Origin: Eikenella exigua | GTDB taxonomy: Bacteria; Pseudomonadota; Gammaproteobacteria; Burkholderiales; Neisseriaceae | NCBI RefSeq assembly: GCF_008805035.1 | Contig: NZ_CP038018.1 | Span: 1,682,564 to 1,714,563, forward strand | Reading direction: 5' to 3' | Length of the DNA: 32,000 bases | In this document: piece by piece, positions 1-8,886 of the stretch | How the letters are laid out: each line of letters opens with the position of its first letter | Position numbering within the stretch: the first letter of the stretch is position 1 | Translations under genes and position numbers: made by a program | Notes under the pieces: model-generated | The model's input: the letters and a program-made list of their open reading frames with translations, nothing else | Databases searched by the model: none | Told to the model about the DNA's origin: nothing

Positions 1-1
1 G

Positions 2-454
2 CTGCACTACCGTGCCCTGATTCACGGCCTCTCCGCCGCCCGCTATTGGGACACCGGCGAGGGCGACTTCGGCGACAGCCGCGACTTCAAGTGGAACAAC
101 TACATCAACCGCTACCACAACCGCCATTGCGATCTAATGGATCTACTCGCCCTCTACCAGCCCCGCGCCAGCGTGCCTTTAGACGACATGGCCAAGCTGT
201 GCGGCTTCCCCGGCAAGCTGGGTATGGACGGCAGCAAGGTGTGGCAGGCCTTCCACGAAGGCCGCCTGCGCGAAATCCGCGACTACTGCGAAACCGACGC
301 CGCCAACACCTACCTGATGTTCCAACGCTTCCGCCTAATGAGCGGCGCCGCCGATGCCGACGAATACGAAATGGAAATCCGGCGGCTCAAAGGCTACCTG
401 AAAACCCAAGAAGACAAAGTGCATTGGCAGGAGTTCCTGGCCGCATGGCGTTGA
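2..454 (+). CDS. Predicted 3'-5' exonuclease, PolB-exonuclease-like (RNase H fold) family; C-terminal part, 5' end lies outside the window
   Basis: The frame is open from the window edge. The translation ...NRYHNRHCDLMDLLALYQPRASVPLDDMAKLCGFPGKLGMDGSKVW...YCETDAANTYLMFQRF matches, from memory, the conserved proteobacterial predicted exonuclease family. A DUS hairpin follows the stop. Confidence 0.6.
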   Translation: MHYRALIHGLSAARYWDTGEGDFGDSRDFKWNNYINRYHNRHCDLMDLLALYQPRASVPLDDMAKLCGFPGKLGMDGSKVWQAFHEGRLREIRDYCETDAANTYLMFQRFRLMSGAADADEYEMEIRRLKGYLKTQEDKVHWQEFLAAWR

Positions 455-465
455 GACGCAAACCA

Positions 466-494
466 AAAGGCTACCTGAAATTCAGGTAGCCTTT
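466..494 (+). terminator. Inverted AG-eikDUS pair hairpin (AAAGGCTACCTGAA/TTCAGGTAGCCTTT)
   Basis: A perfect 14-bp inverted repeat lies 12 nt after the stop codon and ends in TTT. Confidence 0.6.
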
Positions 495-581
495 ATCAGA
501 TGCTTCTGCAATACACCCCAATAGACCGGCCATTCATGCCAAGCAAAACCACCAGCCTCACCAATCCTTCACCTCCCCAAC

Positions 582-1043
582 ATGGATTTCCTCCTTGAAC
601 TCCTGCTCCGCCTAGTCTTCCTCCCCATAGAGGCGCTGTTTGAGTGGATACTGGAAAACACCTTCAGCCGATACCCAAAGCTCGCCTTCGGGCTTCTCTG
701 CCTGTTTACGCCGTTGTGCCTTGCCCTCAGCTGGTGGCACTTCGGCACGCTGGTTTGGTATGCCTGGCTGCTTGCCCCGATAGCGTCCATGTTGCTGGCT
801 CTGCCCATTATCTGCTTGTGGCATGCCGTCAGCTGTGTTCGGTTGCGGCACACTCCGCCCGTCGCCACCCCACCCCGAAAGCTGACAAACGTCGGAAACG
901 CTGAGCCCAACCGATGCTGTGTCTGCTTAGAACAGCAGCAGATGGCTTTCAAGAGGCTACCTGAAAGCGTAAGCTGCAAACAGCTCAACCGCCGTGCAAC
1001 GAAGTTTCAACGAAACTGCAATTTAAGCCTCACTTTCAGGTAG
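582..1043 (+). CDS. Hypothetical small membrane protein (2-3 predicted TM helices)
   Basis: 153-aa ORF with hydrophobic stretches (LLRLVFLPIEALF, LAFGLLCLFTPLCLALSWW, LLAPIASMLLALPIICLW). No clear SD. The last ~30 codons are encoded by a DUS-bounded repeat element, so the C-terminus is suspect. Confidence 0.35.
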   Translation: MDFLLELLLRLVFLPIEALFEWILENTFSRYPKLAFGLLCLFTPLCLALSWWHFGTLVWYAWLLAPIASMLLALPIICLWHAVSCVRLRHTPPVATPPRKLTNVGNAEPNRCCVCLEQQQMAFKRLPESVSCKQLNRRATKFQRNCNLSLTFR

Positions 1044-1046
1044 CCT
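954..1046. repeat. DUS-bounded ~93-bp repeat element, copy 1 (AGGCTACCTGAAAGCGTAAGC...TTTCAGGTAGCCT)
   Basis: Inverted eikDUS sit at both ends. The left end CCTGAAAGCGT(A/C)AGC and internal segments resemble the copies at 3801-3875 and 31540-31645 (reverse orientation). Confidence 0.5.
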
Positions 1047-1070
1047 TTAAAACATCCTATGTTCAGCCGC

Positions 1071-1079
1071 TGCTATAAT
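1071..1079 (+). promoter_or_regulatory. Extended -10 promoter element TGCTATAAT upstream of galU
   Basis: Exact TGnTATAAT lies 35 nt upstream of the galU ATG at 1114. No convincing -35 was seen. Confidence 0.4.
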
Positions 1080-1113
1080 GCGGCATCTTTCCAACCTATA
1101 CCGAAGCAAAACC

Positions 1114-1998
<885 letters not shown>

Positions 1999-2019
1999 TA
2001 ATCAGCCCATTCTGTATAT

Positions 2020-2053
2020 CAGGCTACCTGAGGCGATGCTTTCAGGTAGCCTG
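2020..2053 (+). terminator. DUS-pair hairpin terminator after galU
   Basis: CAGGCTACCTGA-ggcgatgct-TTCAGGTAGCCTG followed by ATTTTG. Confidence 0.6.
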
Positions 2054-2078
2054 ATTTTGCATGTAGCACAAATTGGTT

Positions 2079-2087
2079 TGGTATAAT
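2079..2087 (+). promoter_or_regulatory. Extended -10 promoter element TGGTATAAT upstream of the phosphate transporter gene
   Basis: Exact TGnTATAAT lies about 75 nt upstream of ATG 2163. This argues against the longer ORF start at 2073. Confidence 0.45.
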
Positions 2088-2162
2088 TGCGCCGTTTGTT
2101 CGGCTGCAGCACGAATTGCTGCGGCTGCCGTATTCAACATTTTGTTTGTAAAGATTTTCACC

Positions 2163-3743
2163 ATGGCCGGTTCTTCTGCCTCGCTGCGTTTGAAAAGCGT
2201 CAATTTCCTCGGTATGGCCTTGTTGTTCAGCGTGTCCTGCTATTTCATCTATTGGGGGCTAGGCTATATACAACATAACCATTCCGCGCTGTTTATTCTC
2301 GCGGCACTGTTCGGCATCTTTATGGCGTTCAATATCGGCGGCAACGATGTGGCCAACTCCTTTGGCACTTCGGTGGGCGCAGGCACGCTGAGCATCCCGC
2401 AGGCGCTGGCCGTGGCGGCGGTGTTTGAAGTGAGCGGCGCGATACTGGTTGGCGGCGGCGTTACCGATACCATCCGCAACGGCATCGTGGATTTGGGCAG
2501 CATGCCACTGGAACCTGTGCAATTTGTCCATATTATGATGGCTGCACTGGCCGCCGCCTCGTTGTGGCTGCTGTTTGCCTCGCAAAAAGGCCTACCAGTA
2601 TCCACCACGCATTCCATCATCGGCGGCATCGTGGGAGCAGCGATGGTTTTGGGCTTTTACAACAACGGTTTAGCTGGTTTGAATATGGTGCGCTGGGAAA
2701 AAATCGGCGAAATTGCCATTTCCTGGGTACTCTCGCCACTCTTGGGCGGGGTAACTTCCTATTTGGTGTTTAAAAACATCAAAACCTATATCCTGGGCTA
2801 CAACGTGGCTTCCAGCCGCCATGTGCAGCGCCTGCGCAAGCAGAAATTGGCCTACAAAAAAGAACACAAAACACGCTTCGAGCAGATGAGCGAATTGCAG
2901 CAGATGGCCTACACCGCCACCATCGTGCGTGATGCCCAGCTTTACAACGAAGGCAACTACCAGCCCGAAGAGCTGGTGTCCGACTACTATCGCGGCCTGC
3001 ACGAAATCGACTGCCGTAAAGATGAAATCAACGCCTTCCGCGCCCTGCGCCTGTGGGTGCCGCTGGCAGGCGCAGTGGGCGGCATGGTAATGGCCGCGAT
3101 GCTGCTGTTTAAAGGCTTGAAACACCTCAACTTAGGCCTGAGCACGCTGGATACCCTGTTAATCGTCGGCATGGTGGGCGCGGTATTGTGGATGGGCACG
3201 TTTGCCTACGCCCGCACCTTAAAAACCGGCGCCAACCTCGACCGCGCCACCTTCATTATGTTCAGCTGGCTGCAAGTATTCACCGCCTGCTGCTTCGCCT
3301 TCAGTCACGGCTCAAACGACATCGCCAACGCCATCGGCCCGTTTGCCGCCATCATGGACGTACTGCGCAGCGGCACCATCGGCAGCAGCGGCGACATTCC
3401 GCCGATTACTATGCTCACCTTCGGCGTGTCGCTGGTGGTGGGGCTGTGGTTTATCGGGCGGGAAGTGATTGCCACCGTGGGCGAAAACCTGGCCAAAATG
3501 CACCCCTCTTCCGGCTTCGTGGCCGAGCTCTCTGCCGCCACCGTCGTTATGCTGGCCTCCGCACTGGGGCTGCCCGTATCCAGCACCCACATCCTCGTTG
3601 GCGCCGTGCTCGGCATTGGGCTGGTAAACCGCAATGCCAACTGGCGGCTGATGAAACCAATCGCCTTAGCTTGGGTAATTACTGTGCCGGCCGCCGGCCT
3701 GCTGGCATCGATTTGCTTTATTGTGCTAAATGCGGTTTTCTGA
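2163..3743 (+). CDS. Inorganic phosphate transporter, PiT (PHO4) family
   Basis: Both PHO4 repeat signatures are present (GGNDVANSFGTSVGAG and HGSNDIANAIGPFAAI). The protein has multiple TM segments and a long hydrophilic central loop. The start at MAGSS... is uncertain because no strong SD is present. Confidence 0.88.
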   Translation: MAGSSASLRLKSVNFLGMALLFSVSCYFIYWGLGYIQHNHSALFILAALFGIFMAFNIGGNDVANSFGTSVGAGTLSIPQALAVAAVFEVSGAILVGGGVTDTIRNGIVDLGSMPLEPVQFVHIMMAALAAASLWLLFASQKGLPVSTTHSIIGGIVGAAMVLGFYNNGLAGLNMVRWEKIGEIAISWVLSPLLGGVTSYLVFKNIKTYILGYNVASSRHVQRLRKQKLAYKKEHKTRFEQMSELQQMAYTATIVRDAQLYNEGNYQPEELVSDYYRGLHEIDCRKDEINAFRALRLWVPLAGAVGGMVMAAMLLFKGLKHLNLGLSTLDTLLIVGMVGAVLWMGTFAYARTLKTGANLDRATFIMFSWLQVFTACCFAFSHGSNDIANAIGPFAAIMDVLRSGTIGSSGDIPPITMLTFGVSLVVGLWFIGREVIATVGENLAKMHPSSGFVAELSAATVVMLASALGLPVSSTHILVGAVLGIGLVNRNANWRLMKPIALAWVITVPAAGLLASICFIVLNAVF

Positions 3744-3745
3744 TT

Positions 3746-3790
3746 AAAGGCTACCTGAAAAACAGCTTCTATAAGCTTCAGGTAACCTTT
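3746..3790 (+). terminator. DUS-pair hairpin after the PiT gene (right arm has one mismatch, GTAACC)
   Basis: AAAGGCTACCTGAAAAACAGCTTCTATAAGCTTCAGGTAACCTTTT. The loop also contains an inner AGCTT/AAGCT stem. Confidence 0.55.
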
Positions 3791-3800
3791 TAGTTGTGCT

Positions 3801-3875
3801 AGGCTACCTGAAAGCGTCAGCCTCAACGGAGTAGAAACATAGCGTAGCAGCGTTTCTGCGAAGCTAAAACTTAAT
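3801..3875. repeat. DUS-bounded repeat element, copy 2 (truncated, no right-hand DUS)
   Basis: AGGCTACCTGAAAGCGTCAGCCTCAACGGAGTAGAAACATAGCG...CTGCGAAGCTAAAA aligns by eye at roughly 75-80% with the reverse complement of 31540-31645. Confidence 0.4.
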
Positions 3876-4021
3876 TGGGAAACATCCGCAAGCCTGCCAG
3901 CTATCTTACCGACATCTCTCCGGGAAGAAGGGATAGCTATGCCTGCAGACGAATTTGCCAAAAATCTCTATCTGGGAAAGCTGAAATTTCTCAAATCTTG
4001 TTTTGAACAACAGCCGGCCTA

Positions 4022-4030
4022 CCCCCCCCC
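4022..4030. repeat. Homopolymeric C9 tract
   Basis: Nine consecutive C residues lie inside a 33-codon ORF (ATG 3939, stop 4038-4040) in an otherwise non-coding, degenerate region. Confidence 0.9.
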
Positions 4031-4120
4031 AGCACAGTAAATACCAAAATAAAAACCCTGCTGCTTAACGATAGCCAAACCGAATAGCTTAAAGAAACAA
4101 TCAACACCCTGCTGGATGAT

Positions 4121-4312
4121 GTGTTCTACACCATATCGTTAGGATTGGATGGCGAATGTGCGATAGGAAACATTCAACAAACTTACAAAATTTATGACAC
4201 ACAAGACCGCCTCATTTCCGATTGCGGCAAACTGGAAATAAGTGCAGGCGATTATTTCAATGACCGTAAATACGAGAAAGAGATAAAACGAATCAGGGGA
4301 ATAACAGAATAA
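4121..4312 (+). CDS. Hypothetical small protein (AT-rich orphan ORF, possibly a gene fragment)
   Basis: 63-aa ORF with a GTG start, and the frame is open from 4088. Composition is clearly more A/T-rich than the flanks, and I recognise no motif. Confidence 0.2.
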   Translation: MFYTISLGLDGECAIGNIQQTYKIYDTQDRLISDCGKLEISAGDYFNDRKYEKEIKRIRGITE

Positions 4313-4416
4313 TCTTTAGGCATTCCCTTGAAGATTGGCTTTTGGGCTGCCGGAAGTTTTCAGGTAGCCTTCTAGATGATTAAAGAGGCTACCTGAAAAA
4401 TAAACAGCCTCTTTGT

Positions 4417-4458
4417 GCAAAACGCAAAACAGGCTATGGCATTTCCTACCATAGCCTG
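4417..4458 (-). terminator. Rho-independent terminator of secB
   Basis: On the minus strand: stem CAGGCTATGG/CCATAGCCTG (4430-4439 and 4449-4458), a 9-nt loop, then GTTTTGCGTTTTG. Confidence 0.65.
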
Positions 4459-4478
4459 CTTGCCTTATTGACCTCGAA

Positions 4479-4940
4479 TTAAGCGTTACCGGCAGCCGGA
4501 GCGTTGGCAGCGGCTTGTTGCTGTTCGTACATGGCTTCGAAGTTGATCGGCATCAATACCACGGGCGGGAAGCCGGCGCGGGTGATGCAGGAAGACACAG
4601 CTTCGCGGGCGTAGGGATAGAGGATGTTCGGGCAGGCAATGCCGAGCAATACTTTCACATCTTGCTCCGGAATGTTTGCCAAACGGAAAATGCCGCTCTG
4701 TGCCACTTCGTTCAGGAACAATACTTTGCCATCAGGCAACTTGGCGGTGACGGTTACGGTAACGGTTACTTCGTGGTGTTCTTCTTCCAGTTTCTTAGAA
4801 TCGGTGTGCACTTGGATTTCCACGTTCGGAGCATCCTGGCCGAGAAATACTTCCGGTGCGTGCGGCACTTCCAAAGACAAATCTTTTACATACAGTCTTT
4901 CTACATTGAAAATCGGTTGCTGTTGTTCTTGTTCGCTCAT
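4479..4940 (-). CDS. secB: Protein-export chaperone SecB
   Basis: 153 aa. [22 protein letters not shown]...NVEIQV...GIFRLANIP...[41 protein letters not shown] is the SecB signature. An AGGAG SD lies 7 nt upstream of the ATG. Confidence 0.93.
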   Translation of the reverse strand: MSEQEQQQPIFNVERLYVKDLSLEVPHAPEVFLGQDAPNVEIQVHTDSKKLEEEHHEVTVTVTVTAKLPDGKVLFLNEVAQSGIFRLANIPEQDVKVLLGIACPNILYPYAREAVSSCITRAGFPPVVLMPINFEAMYEQQQAAANAPAAGNA

Positions 4941-5093
4941 GGTTTACTCCTGAGAAGGGGGTGAAAAAGTCAAAATGGAGATATGGCGGATTGATCCGCT
5001 ATAAACCACATTAGGCTACCTGAAAATGCTCTACTTTGCCAGCTTTTCCTTGTGAGATAAGGTATTCGGCAGCTTTCCCGTTGCATTTGCCGA

Positions 5094-6569
5094 TTATTGA
5101 GCGGGTACGGTTTGAACGTTATCCAATCTATCGGCATCATGCACAATCCGGCGCACCATGGCATCCATATCGGGCAGGTAGCCGCCGGAACGGTGGTTGT
5201 TAATAATCACCACCACAGCCAGCCTGCGCCCATTGGGTGGCAACCAGTAGCCGGCCAACGCACGCACATCGCGCAGCGTACCTGTTTTCATACGCAGCGA
5301 GCGGCCTAGCTGACGGAAGCGGCCACGCAGGGTACCGTCGGTACCGGCAATCGGCAGGGTGTGAATGAAAGTATCACGGAAGGGGGAGCGGTAGGCCTGA
5401 AACAGCATGCTGCCGAGAAAACGGGCAGTAAGCCGCTCACGGCGGGAAAGGCCGGAGCCGTTTTCCAACACCAGCGCTTCGTCATCCAATCCGGCAGAAA
5501 CCAGCTGCCGCCGCACAGCGGCCTCGGCATTCTGTACGCTGTGCGGTCCGTTTGCCTGGTGGCCAAGCGTGAGAAAAACGCTGCGTGCAATCAGATTGTT
5601 AGAATGTTTGTTCATATCGGTCAGCACTTCGCCTAACGGTTTGGAAAAGTGCGTGGCCAAGATGCGGCTGTTGCTAGGGGCAGCTCCCCGACCAAAACCA
5701 TAGAGACCACCTAAGCCCTGGGCAAGCCAATAGCCGCGAAAACTTTCTTCGGCAAAGCGAGGGGCATCGAACAAATTGATGAACATTTTCTCGCCCATAC
5801 ATGCAGCAGGCAGGCGACCGCGGAATACCAACACGCCGTTTTCAAATTTGGCGGAAACATGATTGGAAAGTTTGCCGCAGCGGCCATCGGTTTCGGTAAG
5901 TTGGCTGAGGTCGGTTTGGATGCCGTAGAGTGGCGGATTGAGCAAGAAAACAGGCTGTCCGGCTTCATTGCGGGCGGCAGTAATCCAAAGGGCTTTGTAA
6001 GCAATCATGTGTGGATCAGGCGGCACAACAAAGCTTTCGCCTGCGTCATTTTCAAAACCTTCAGCACTAGCAAGGCCACCCCAAACACGCCGATCCAGCA
6101 CCACTTTGCCATTTAACGACAAGATGCCCTGCCGCACTAGCTGCTGTTGCATATCCAAGAGATCGGGCTGGTCGAAGGCAGGGTTGCCACTGCCCACCCA
6201 GTATAAATCACCTTGTAGTGCACCATTAGCCACCGTACCACTGCTGCGCCATTGGGTTTGCCAGCGGTAATCAACGCCCAATGCGCGCAAGGCTGCAAAG
6301 GTGATAACCAGTTTCATGGTGGAGGCGGGATTCATGGAAACATCGGCCCGGTGCGCTAGCAACACTTCACCGCTGTCGAGGTCTTGCACATAAACGGCCG
6401 CCTCTTCCGGCGGGATACGTCCGAAATCGATGGCAAAGGCTACCTGAAAATAAAAGGATAAAGCAAATGCCAACAGCAGGCGGAAGTGGTGTGTGCAGAG
6501 GAGTAGAAGTTTTTCCAGCATAATATTATTTTTAATAAAATATTTTCCAGCAGACAAATTTTGCTCCAT
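5094..6569 (-). CDS. dacB: D-alanyl-D-alanine carboxypeptidase/endopeptidase, PBP4 (peptidase S13) family
   Basis: The motifs are SxxK (ASTMK), SxN (HSNN) and KTG (KTGTL), and the length is right for PBP4. The start is uncertain. ATG 6521 (MLEKLLLL...) gives a 30-aa signal peptide ending FQVAFA|ID. ATG 6569 has an adjacent AGGTGG. Confidence 0.85.
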   Translation of the reverse strand: MEQNLSAGKYFIKNNIMLEKLLLLCTHHFRLLLAFALSFYFQVAFAIDFGRIPPEEAAVYVQDLDSGEVLLAHRADVSMNPASTMKLVITFAALRALGVDYRWQTQWRSSGTVANGALQGDLYWVGSGNPAFDQPDLLDMQQQLVRQGILSLNGKVVLDRRVWGGLASAEGFENDAGESFVVPPDPHMIAYKALWITAARNEAGQPVFLLNPPLYGIQTDLSQLTETDGRCGKLSNHVSAKFENGVLVFRGRLPAACMGEKMFINLFDAPRFAEESFRGYWLAQGLGGLYGFGRGAAPSNSRILATHFSKPLGEVLTDMNKHSNNLIARSVFLTLGHQANGPHSVQNAEAAVRRQLVSAGLDDEALVLENGSGLSRRERLTARFLGSMLFQAYRSPFRDTFIHTLPIAGTDGTLRGRFRQLGRSLRMKTGTLRDVRALAGYWLPPNGRRLAVVVIINNHRSGGYLPDMDAMVRRIVHDADRLDNVQTVPAQ

Positions 6570-6644
6570 CCCACCTGCATTAGCAATGGGAAATTGTTGG
6601 CAAGCAGCTATTTCTGCATTCCCCTAGTTACAAGTAATGCATAC

Positions 6645-6678
6645 AAAAAACCGGACTTTGTATAAAGTCCGGTTTTTT
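6645..6678. terminator. Bidirectional-shaped hairpin terminator after rmpM
   Basis: AAAAAACCGGACTTT-gtat-AAAGTCCGGTTTTTT is a perfect 15-bp palindrome with A/T runs on both sides. Confidence 0.75.
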
Positions 6679-6703
6679 GTATTAAATGCTAATTGGATAA
6701 CGA

Positions 6704-7393
6704 TTACTGAGCAGGTTGCTCAACCAAAGTACGGATGCGAACGTCTACACGACGATCCGGCTCGATACATGCAATCAGAGCACTGCGTTTGCGGGCAGCA
6801 GAAACACGACGACCCAAGTTGCGAACTTCTTGCTGACACTGCTCAGTCATCTTAGCTTGAGATTCACCCAAACCAACAGCAGAGATTTTCTCAGCCGGTA
6901 CGCCACGGCCAACTAGGTACTCGCTAACAGTGTTAGCACGACGCTCAGACAGGCGTTGGTTGTAGGCATCGCTACCCATGAAGTCGGTGTTACCCTCAAC
7001 ACGTACAGATTGTACGTTGCTGCCGGTCAAGCGCTGAGCCAGCTCATCCAAAGTAGTGCGAGCCTCGGGACGCAGGTTGAATTTGTCAAAACCAAACAGG
7101 AAGTTGGATGACAAGGACACCAGCTCTTCACGTACTTGCGGTTCGGTAGGAGGAGCTTCTGGCTGACGGTCGCCACACTCTACTAGACCCAAGCGATCCA
7201 CTTCAGCATTCAAGAAGCTGTTTTCCCAGCATTCGTGAGCACCTTTGGGCTCATAGTTGGAGCGAACTACTTCGCGAGACTGCTCGCTGATAGTGTAGCC
7301 ATATTTTTCATTATTGAAGCTGCTGTCCGCCATGGCGGCACCGGAAGCAACCAAGGCCAAGAACAAAGCGCCTAATTTAAGCTGTTTGGTCAT
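6704..7393 (-). CDS. rmpM: OmpA-family peptidoglycan-binding outer membrane protein, RmpM (class 4 OMP/PIII)-like
   Basis: Signal peptide [22 protein letters not shown]. OmpA_C motif [22 protein letters not shown]. The C-terminal ...[18 protein letters not shown] closely resembles the Neisseria RmpM tail as I remember it. A GAGGGAA SD is present. Confidence 0.8.
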   Translation of the reverse strand: MTKQLKLGALFLALVASGAAMADSSFNNEKYGYTISEQSREVVRSNYEPKGAHECWENSFLNAEVDRLGLVECGDRQPEAPPTEPQVREELVSLSSNFLFGFDKFNLRPEARTTLDELAQRLTGSNVQSVRVEGNTDFMGSDAYNQRLSERRANTVSEYLVGRGVPAEKISAVGLGESQAKMTEQCQQEVRNLGRRVSAARKRSALIACIEPDRRVDVRIRTLVEQPAQ

Positions 7394-7439
7394 GTTATTC
7401 CCTCATCAAAAAGTTTGTTATGCGTAGACCTGGGAAGCT

Positions 7440-7706
7440 TTACAGCATACCGGTCTTCACAAAAATCACCATATACGGACCGCCCAGATACTGCGGTAAT
7501 CCAAATATATTCGGGGTATCACTATAAAAAACCGTGCCCGAACTGTCAATAAGGAATTGGCTACCCGCCACACGGGCGCCTCCGTTTCCTACGTACCCAA
7601 TCATGCCCAAAATTACCCTTACTGTCAGCAGTATAATGGCAAAAGAAAGGGTTATTTCTCTGTAAGTTGTTAAAAAACAACAAATCCCATCGCAAATTAC
7701 CAGCAC
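7440..7706 (-). CDS. Hypothetical small membrane-anchored protein
   Basis: 88-aa ORF just upstream of rmpM on the same strand. It has one hydrophobic segment (ITLSFAIILLTVRVILGMIGYV). The DNA is A/T-rich, and I recognise no motif or clear SD. Confidence 0.25.
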   Translation of the reverse strand: MLVICDGICCFLTTYREITLSFAIILLTVRVILGMIGYVGNGGARVAGSQFLIDSSGTVFYSDTPNIFGLPQYLGGPYMVIFVKTGML

Positions 7707-7836
7707 ACGGCAAAATAATGCTGGCAGGTCATGCTACCATCCAATCTTTATCGGTTTCAGGCGAAACCGGTGATTTCTGTGGCACTTCGTCGACCGGCTT
7801 GTCGCATAAATCCGACAAACACCACTTGGATACATC

Positions 7837-8683
7837 ATGAAACTGCGACAACCGCGCTATTTTCTAGAGATTACCGCTGCAATCTGAATATTCCGGAGGT
7901 GGTAGAAATTTTTTCACTTCCCAGCCGGTCATTTCCAAACAAATAAAACTTTTAGAAGACGAGCTGGGCAAGCAGCTGTTTGTGCAGCACGGCAAGCGCA
8001 TTGTGGCAGTTACGCTGCTGAGGCAGGCCGTACTAGGGATTGCCGAGCGCATCTTCCTCAAGGTGCAGAGCATCCGCAGCATCGGCACTGAACTTGCCGA
8101 GCAGGATAGTGGCTAAATGATTGCCTACGCCTTAGGCACGGCATGTGTTGCCACCGTTAGTGGCCGATAGCTTAGCCGATTTCACCATCAATTCGGAGGG
8201 GATGCGCGTCATTCCAAGTTGCGTCACATCAGTACGGGCTTGGAACCGCTGCGTATTGGTACCGCAGGGGCACGCGCTAACGGGCAAAGTTGCATCAACC
8301 TAGTAAATTTGTCGTCCGCACCGCTCATCGGTTACACCGATGCCGAACAGGATGCGGCATTGTAGCAAGCCTTCACTGACAGCAGGTTGGCTTTGCCACA
8401 GGTGGCACTTTCCAGCATGAATGAGGGCATGATTAAAACTTATGTGCGCACCGGTTGGGAGCTTCTAGCCGATACCGCCTACGATCCGCAGCGCGATGCC
8501 GATTTGGTTTGCCTGCCGGCCGACCATCTGTTTAAGCCGTCGTTTACTTATATTGTGGTGCGGCAGGATGCCTACCTACGCAATTATGCCTACGACTTTA
8601 TGCAGCTCTACCTGCCCAGCCTCACCCGCGACCGCATTGAGCAGGCGCTATACGAGCCCATCCGCGAAGACTTCTCGATTTGA
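7837..8683 (+). pseudogene. cysB: CysB-like LysR-family transcriptional regulator, decayed (frameshifts, in-frame stops, internal deletion)
   Basis: Homology is spread over all three frames. It includes MKLRQPRYFLEITAAI*, NLNIPEVVE..., FTSQPVISKQIKLLEDELGKQLFVQHGKRIVAVT...AEQDSG*, ...RHVLPPLVADSLADF...WNRCVLVPQGHALTGK...* and the C-terminal MIKTYVRTGWELLADTAYDPQRDADLVCLPADHLFKPSFTYIVVRQDAYLRNYAYDFMQLYLPSLTRD. The total span of 847 nt is shorter than the ~975 nt of an intact cysB. Confidence 0.75.
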
Positions 8684-8733
8684 TGGTTGGCTGTTTCACT
8701 TCAGCCTTGCACAAGTCAGGTCGAAGCCAATGC

Positions 8734-8773
8734 TTTCAGGTAGCCTGTTACCCATACTCCAGGCTACCTGAAA
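8734..8773. terminator. Inverted DUS pair hairpin (TTTCAGGTAGCCT...AGGCTACCTGAAA)
   Basis: 13-bp complementary arms are separated by 14 nt. It lies downstream of the cysB remnant. Confidence 0.45.
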
Positions 8774-8886
8774 CGATGTCTTGGCAAAGCTAAGGCTGAG
8801 TTTCTGCAAAGCCCAAACGCAAGCTTCACCAAAATTAAAACCGGATTCCTTTATAATCGCCCCGTCTTATCATTATCGATTTGCCG

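Noticed and set aside
4746-4769. Hexanucleotide repeat (GGTNAC)x4 in secB encoding (VT)4
   Set aside because: The repeat is in frame, short and imperfect at the DNA level. Slippage would add or remove VT without a frameshift, so it is not a credible phase-variation switch.
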